A DNA stretch of 64,000 nt from Setoptus koraiensis (Eukaryota > Animalia > Arthropoda), in assembly GCA_048013815.1 (NCBI GenBank), contig CM106586.1, positions 21,328,001 to 21,392,000 on the forward strand, read 5' to 3'. A model generated the notes under the pieces. The model saw nothing but the letters and a program-made list of their open reading frames with translations, did not search any database and was not told the origin of the DNA. Shown here one piece after another: positions 61,992 through 64,000 of this stretch. Position 1 is the first letter of the stretch, and the number at the start of each line of letters is the position of its first letter. The position numbers and the translations under genes are program-made.

Positions 61992-64000
61992 GTGAGTTAA
62001 TAAATAAAAAAAGCAAAACCCCACATGAACTAATATTCAGCTCACATGGATATCCATGCACAATCTCTCTGATGTGCAGGCTGCATGCGAATCCATTGTG
62101 GATAACAATTCCGATAGTCGGGCAAATCGATTATCCGGCCCGGATTACCGATTCGCATATTGGGTGCAAATGCACAACGAGGGCAGAAAACAGTTGTAAA
62201 CGTGTGTGCGTCACAAGTTGCGTCACAACTAGACAAAACTAAAGACTAACCAAGTTGCGTAATTTGCGCCACTCGGCAATTGCTGCCACTGAAACGGATT
62301 GGGCCGCAAGTGGCACAAGTCAAACATAACGCAACGCAACGCAACATTGCCGACACACTGTGTCGGACATGGCGCGAGTGAGGGGCCCATGCCCACCAAA
62401 TGAGCTAGACCATTATTATTATTGCAATAATTATCGCCGATTTCTTTACGTTATTCATGCGTAACACAACAGCAGCTACCATGTCGAGTGTAGTAATTGC
62501 GTCGAGTTATCGCTCTCTCGCCAGCCAGTTATCGGATCGGGGGGCGCGCTCTCGTTAGCTAAACAGGCGCCCAATCCGATGATTGGTGTTTGGGGCGCGC
62601 ATGCAAATGGCAGCTTGATTAAATAGACTCGCCAGCCATTGATTGCAGCTGCCAGTAGCTGGCTGCACGAGTCAGCTAAATGGAGCCGAGCGGATGAATG
62701 AGAACGTGCGTTGCTTTTTCGTCTCATTTGGTCGTTTGTAGCTTTGGAGCCATTTACAGTTGATGGTCGTCGCAGGGCGCCCCATTCGAAGCCGGCGCGA
62801 TGCTCGCGAAGTTGGCGCGGCGGTTCGTGGCGATGGCGCCCATGCCGCCGACGATGTCGCTGGCCGACTCGTGTCCGTGATTCCGCGCTATTTCCCGTTA
62901 TTTTTCGTCATTTCTCGCGCTTTGTTTCGCGTTGCATAGCGCCGTTTCGCGAGCTGGCCTCCAAGTGGATGGCGTTGATCGCCGGGGCCGTGCCGGTGGA
63001 TCGCATACCGAGCGCTGCCTGCGCCGCACCGAAATACCTCGACATGACTCGAAATAACTGCGTGATTTCGCTCACTCCGAGGCAATCGTGTAATGTGATA
63101 TAAATGTTAACTAGTGGACCAGTTTTCATTTATCTCCCGGATTGTCATCGTGGCGCGCGCTTGGCCAAACCGGCTCCCCACTGAAATCGAAACTGAGCCG
63201 ACCCAGCGCTGTTGGCCGACAGTGCACGCGGGGGCCACCAGCGGAGCGGTAACGGCGCTATCTAGTTGCCCGCGGCCGGCTGCAATTGTTTGCTCGGCAA
63301 TTGTCTCGCGCTGCACTCGATACATTGCGCCCGTCTGCCATCTATCTCATGACAATTTGCCGGGCGACGCTCGCCGAAATCGTCCGTCAGTCGGCTCCGG
63401 CCCGACAGACACAACTGTGGCCGTGGCGTTCGAGCTCTCAGGCAACTCCAGTTGGCAAGAGGAGAACGGGCCCAGCCGAGAGCGGATTGTCAAGAGGCGC
63501 TGCGTGGTAAAAAGTGAAACAAGAGTCAATCGTTCGGAGACACCACAGCGGGCAAGTTAAATTGGTGCGGGCGCCGGCAGTGGAGCCAGCCATTCGGTCG
63601 TTTATAAACTGGCCCATTTAGTCGGCGGGCCAGTTTGGGGCCAGTGTCGCTCACTTTCATCCATTCAGACAGTTTGGCCAACTGGCTGGCTGGCTGGCTG
63701 GCAGTTTCAGTTAATCTGAGCCGTTTCATCTCTCGTGAGGCGCCCGGCTGCACTGTAATAAACTGTAAACTGAGGGCTGGCGAGCTGTCGCTGTTGCTCG
63801 CCCTGTTGGAGTCATCTCATCTCGATCTCTGACGTGATCTATTCTCTCCGTTGGCTGCCTGGCCCCATCGCAGCCATCTCATCTTCTGACAAGCTAAGCC
63901 TATCGCTGGGAGGCGCGCGTTTATCTCTTCGTCTCGGTGGTGCGCCGTTTTCCACTGGCCCGTTATTAAGTCCTTATAAATTCAGCTCAACTAAACACAG

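Noticed and set aside
1-64000. tRNA, rRNA and spliceosomal snRNA genes
   Set aside because: No T-loop/D-loop cloverleaf or diagnostic U1/U2/U5/U6/rRNA motifs seen by eye; a covariance-model scan would be needed to exclude them fully.

Overview
Eukaryotic (arthropod) genomic DNA with GT-AG introns, many microsatellites and one 500-N gap. Compact introns, a nearly intronless Rdl and Q/N-rich proteins suggest a small-genome acariform mite (inference only). Host genes in order: a forkhead TF running off the left edge (absent from the ORF track) with ~14 kb of non-coding upstream DNA; a catalytically degenerate enolase-phosphatase E1-like gene; an NRF-6/acyltransferase-3 gene; RpL24; Rdl GABA-gated Cl- channel; IscU; an 8-exon acatalytic carbonic-anhydrase-related protein; a syntaxin-6-like gene with a broken SNARE motif; a 6-exon SAM decarboxylase; a CREB3/CrebA-family bZIP without TM segment; exon 1 of a secreted precursor. 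Accessory DNA: a nested transposon stack at 46.8-50.7 kb with a near-intact FLYWCH-MULE (TIRs, perfect 9-bp TSD) inside a pogo remnant, a 1.5-kb tandem duplication, and a mosaic at 59.2-61.3 kb holding a disrupted protease-like ORF and an intron-containing copy of part of the NRF-6 gene. The most unusual feature is a non-coding array at 23.6-24.2 kb: nine 36-nt hairpin-forming cores separated by ~22-nt variable segments, CRISPR-like in layout but with no cas gene. Exon structures were derived by hand from splice motifs and homology recalled from memory; no searches were run.
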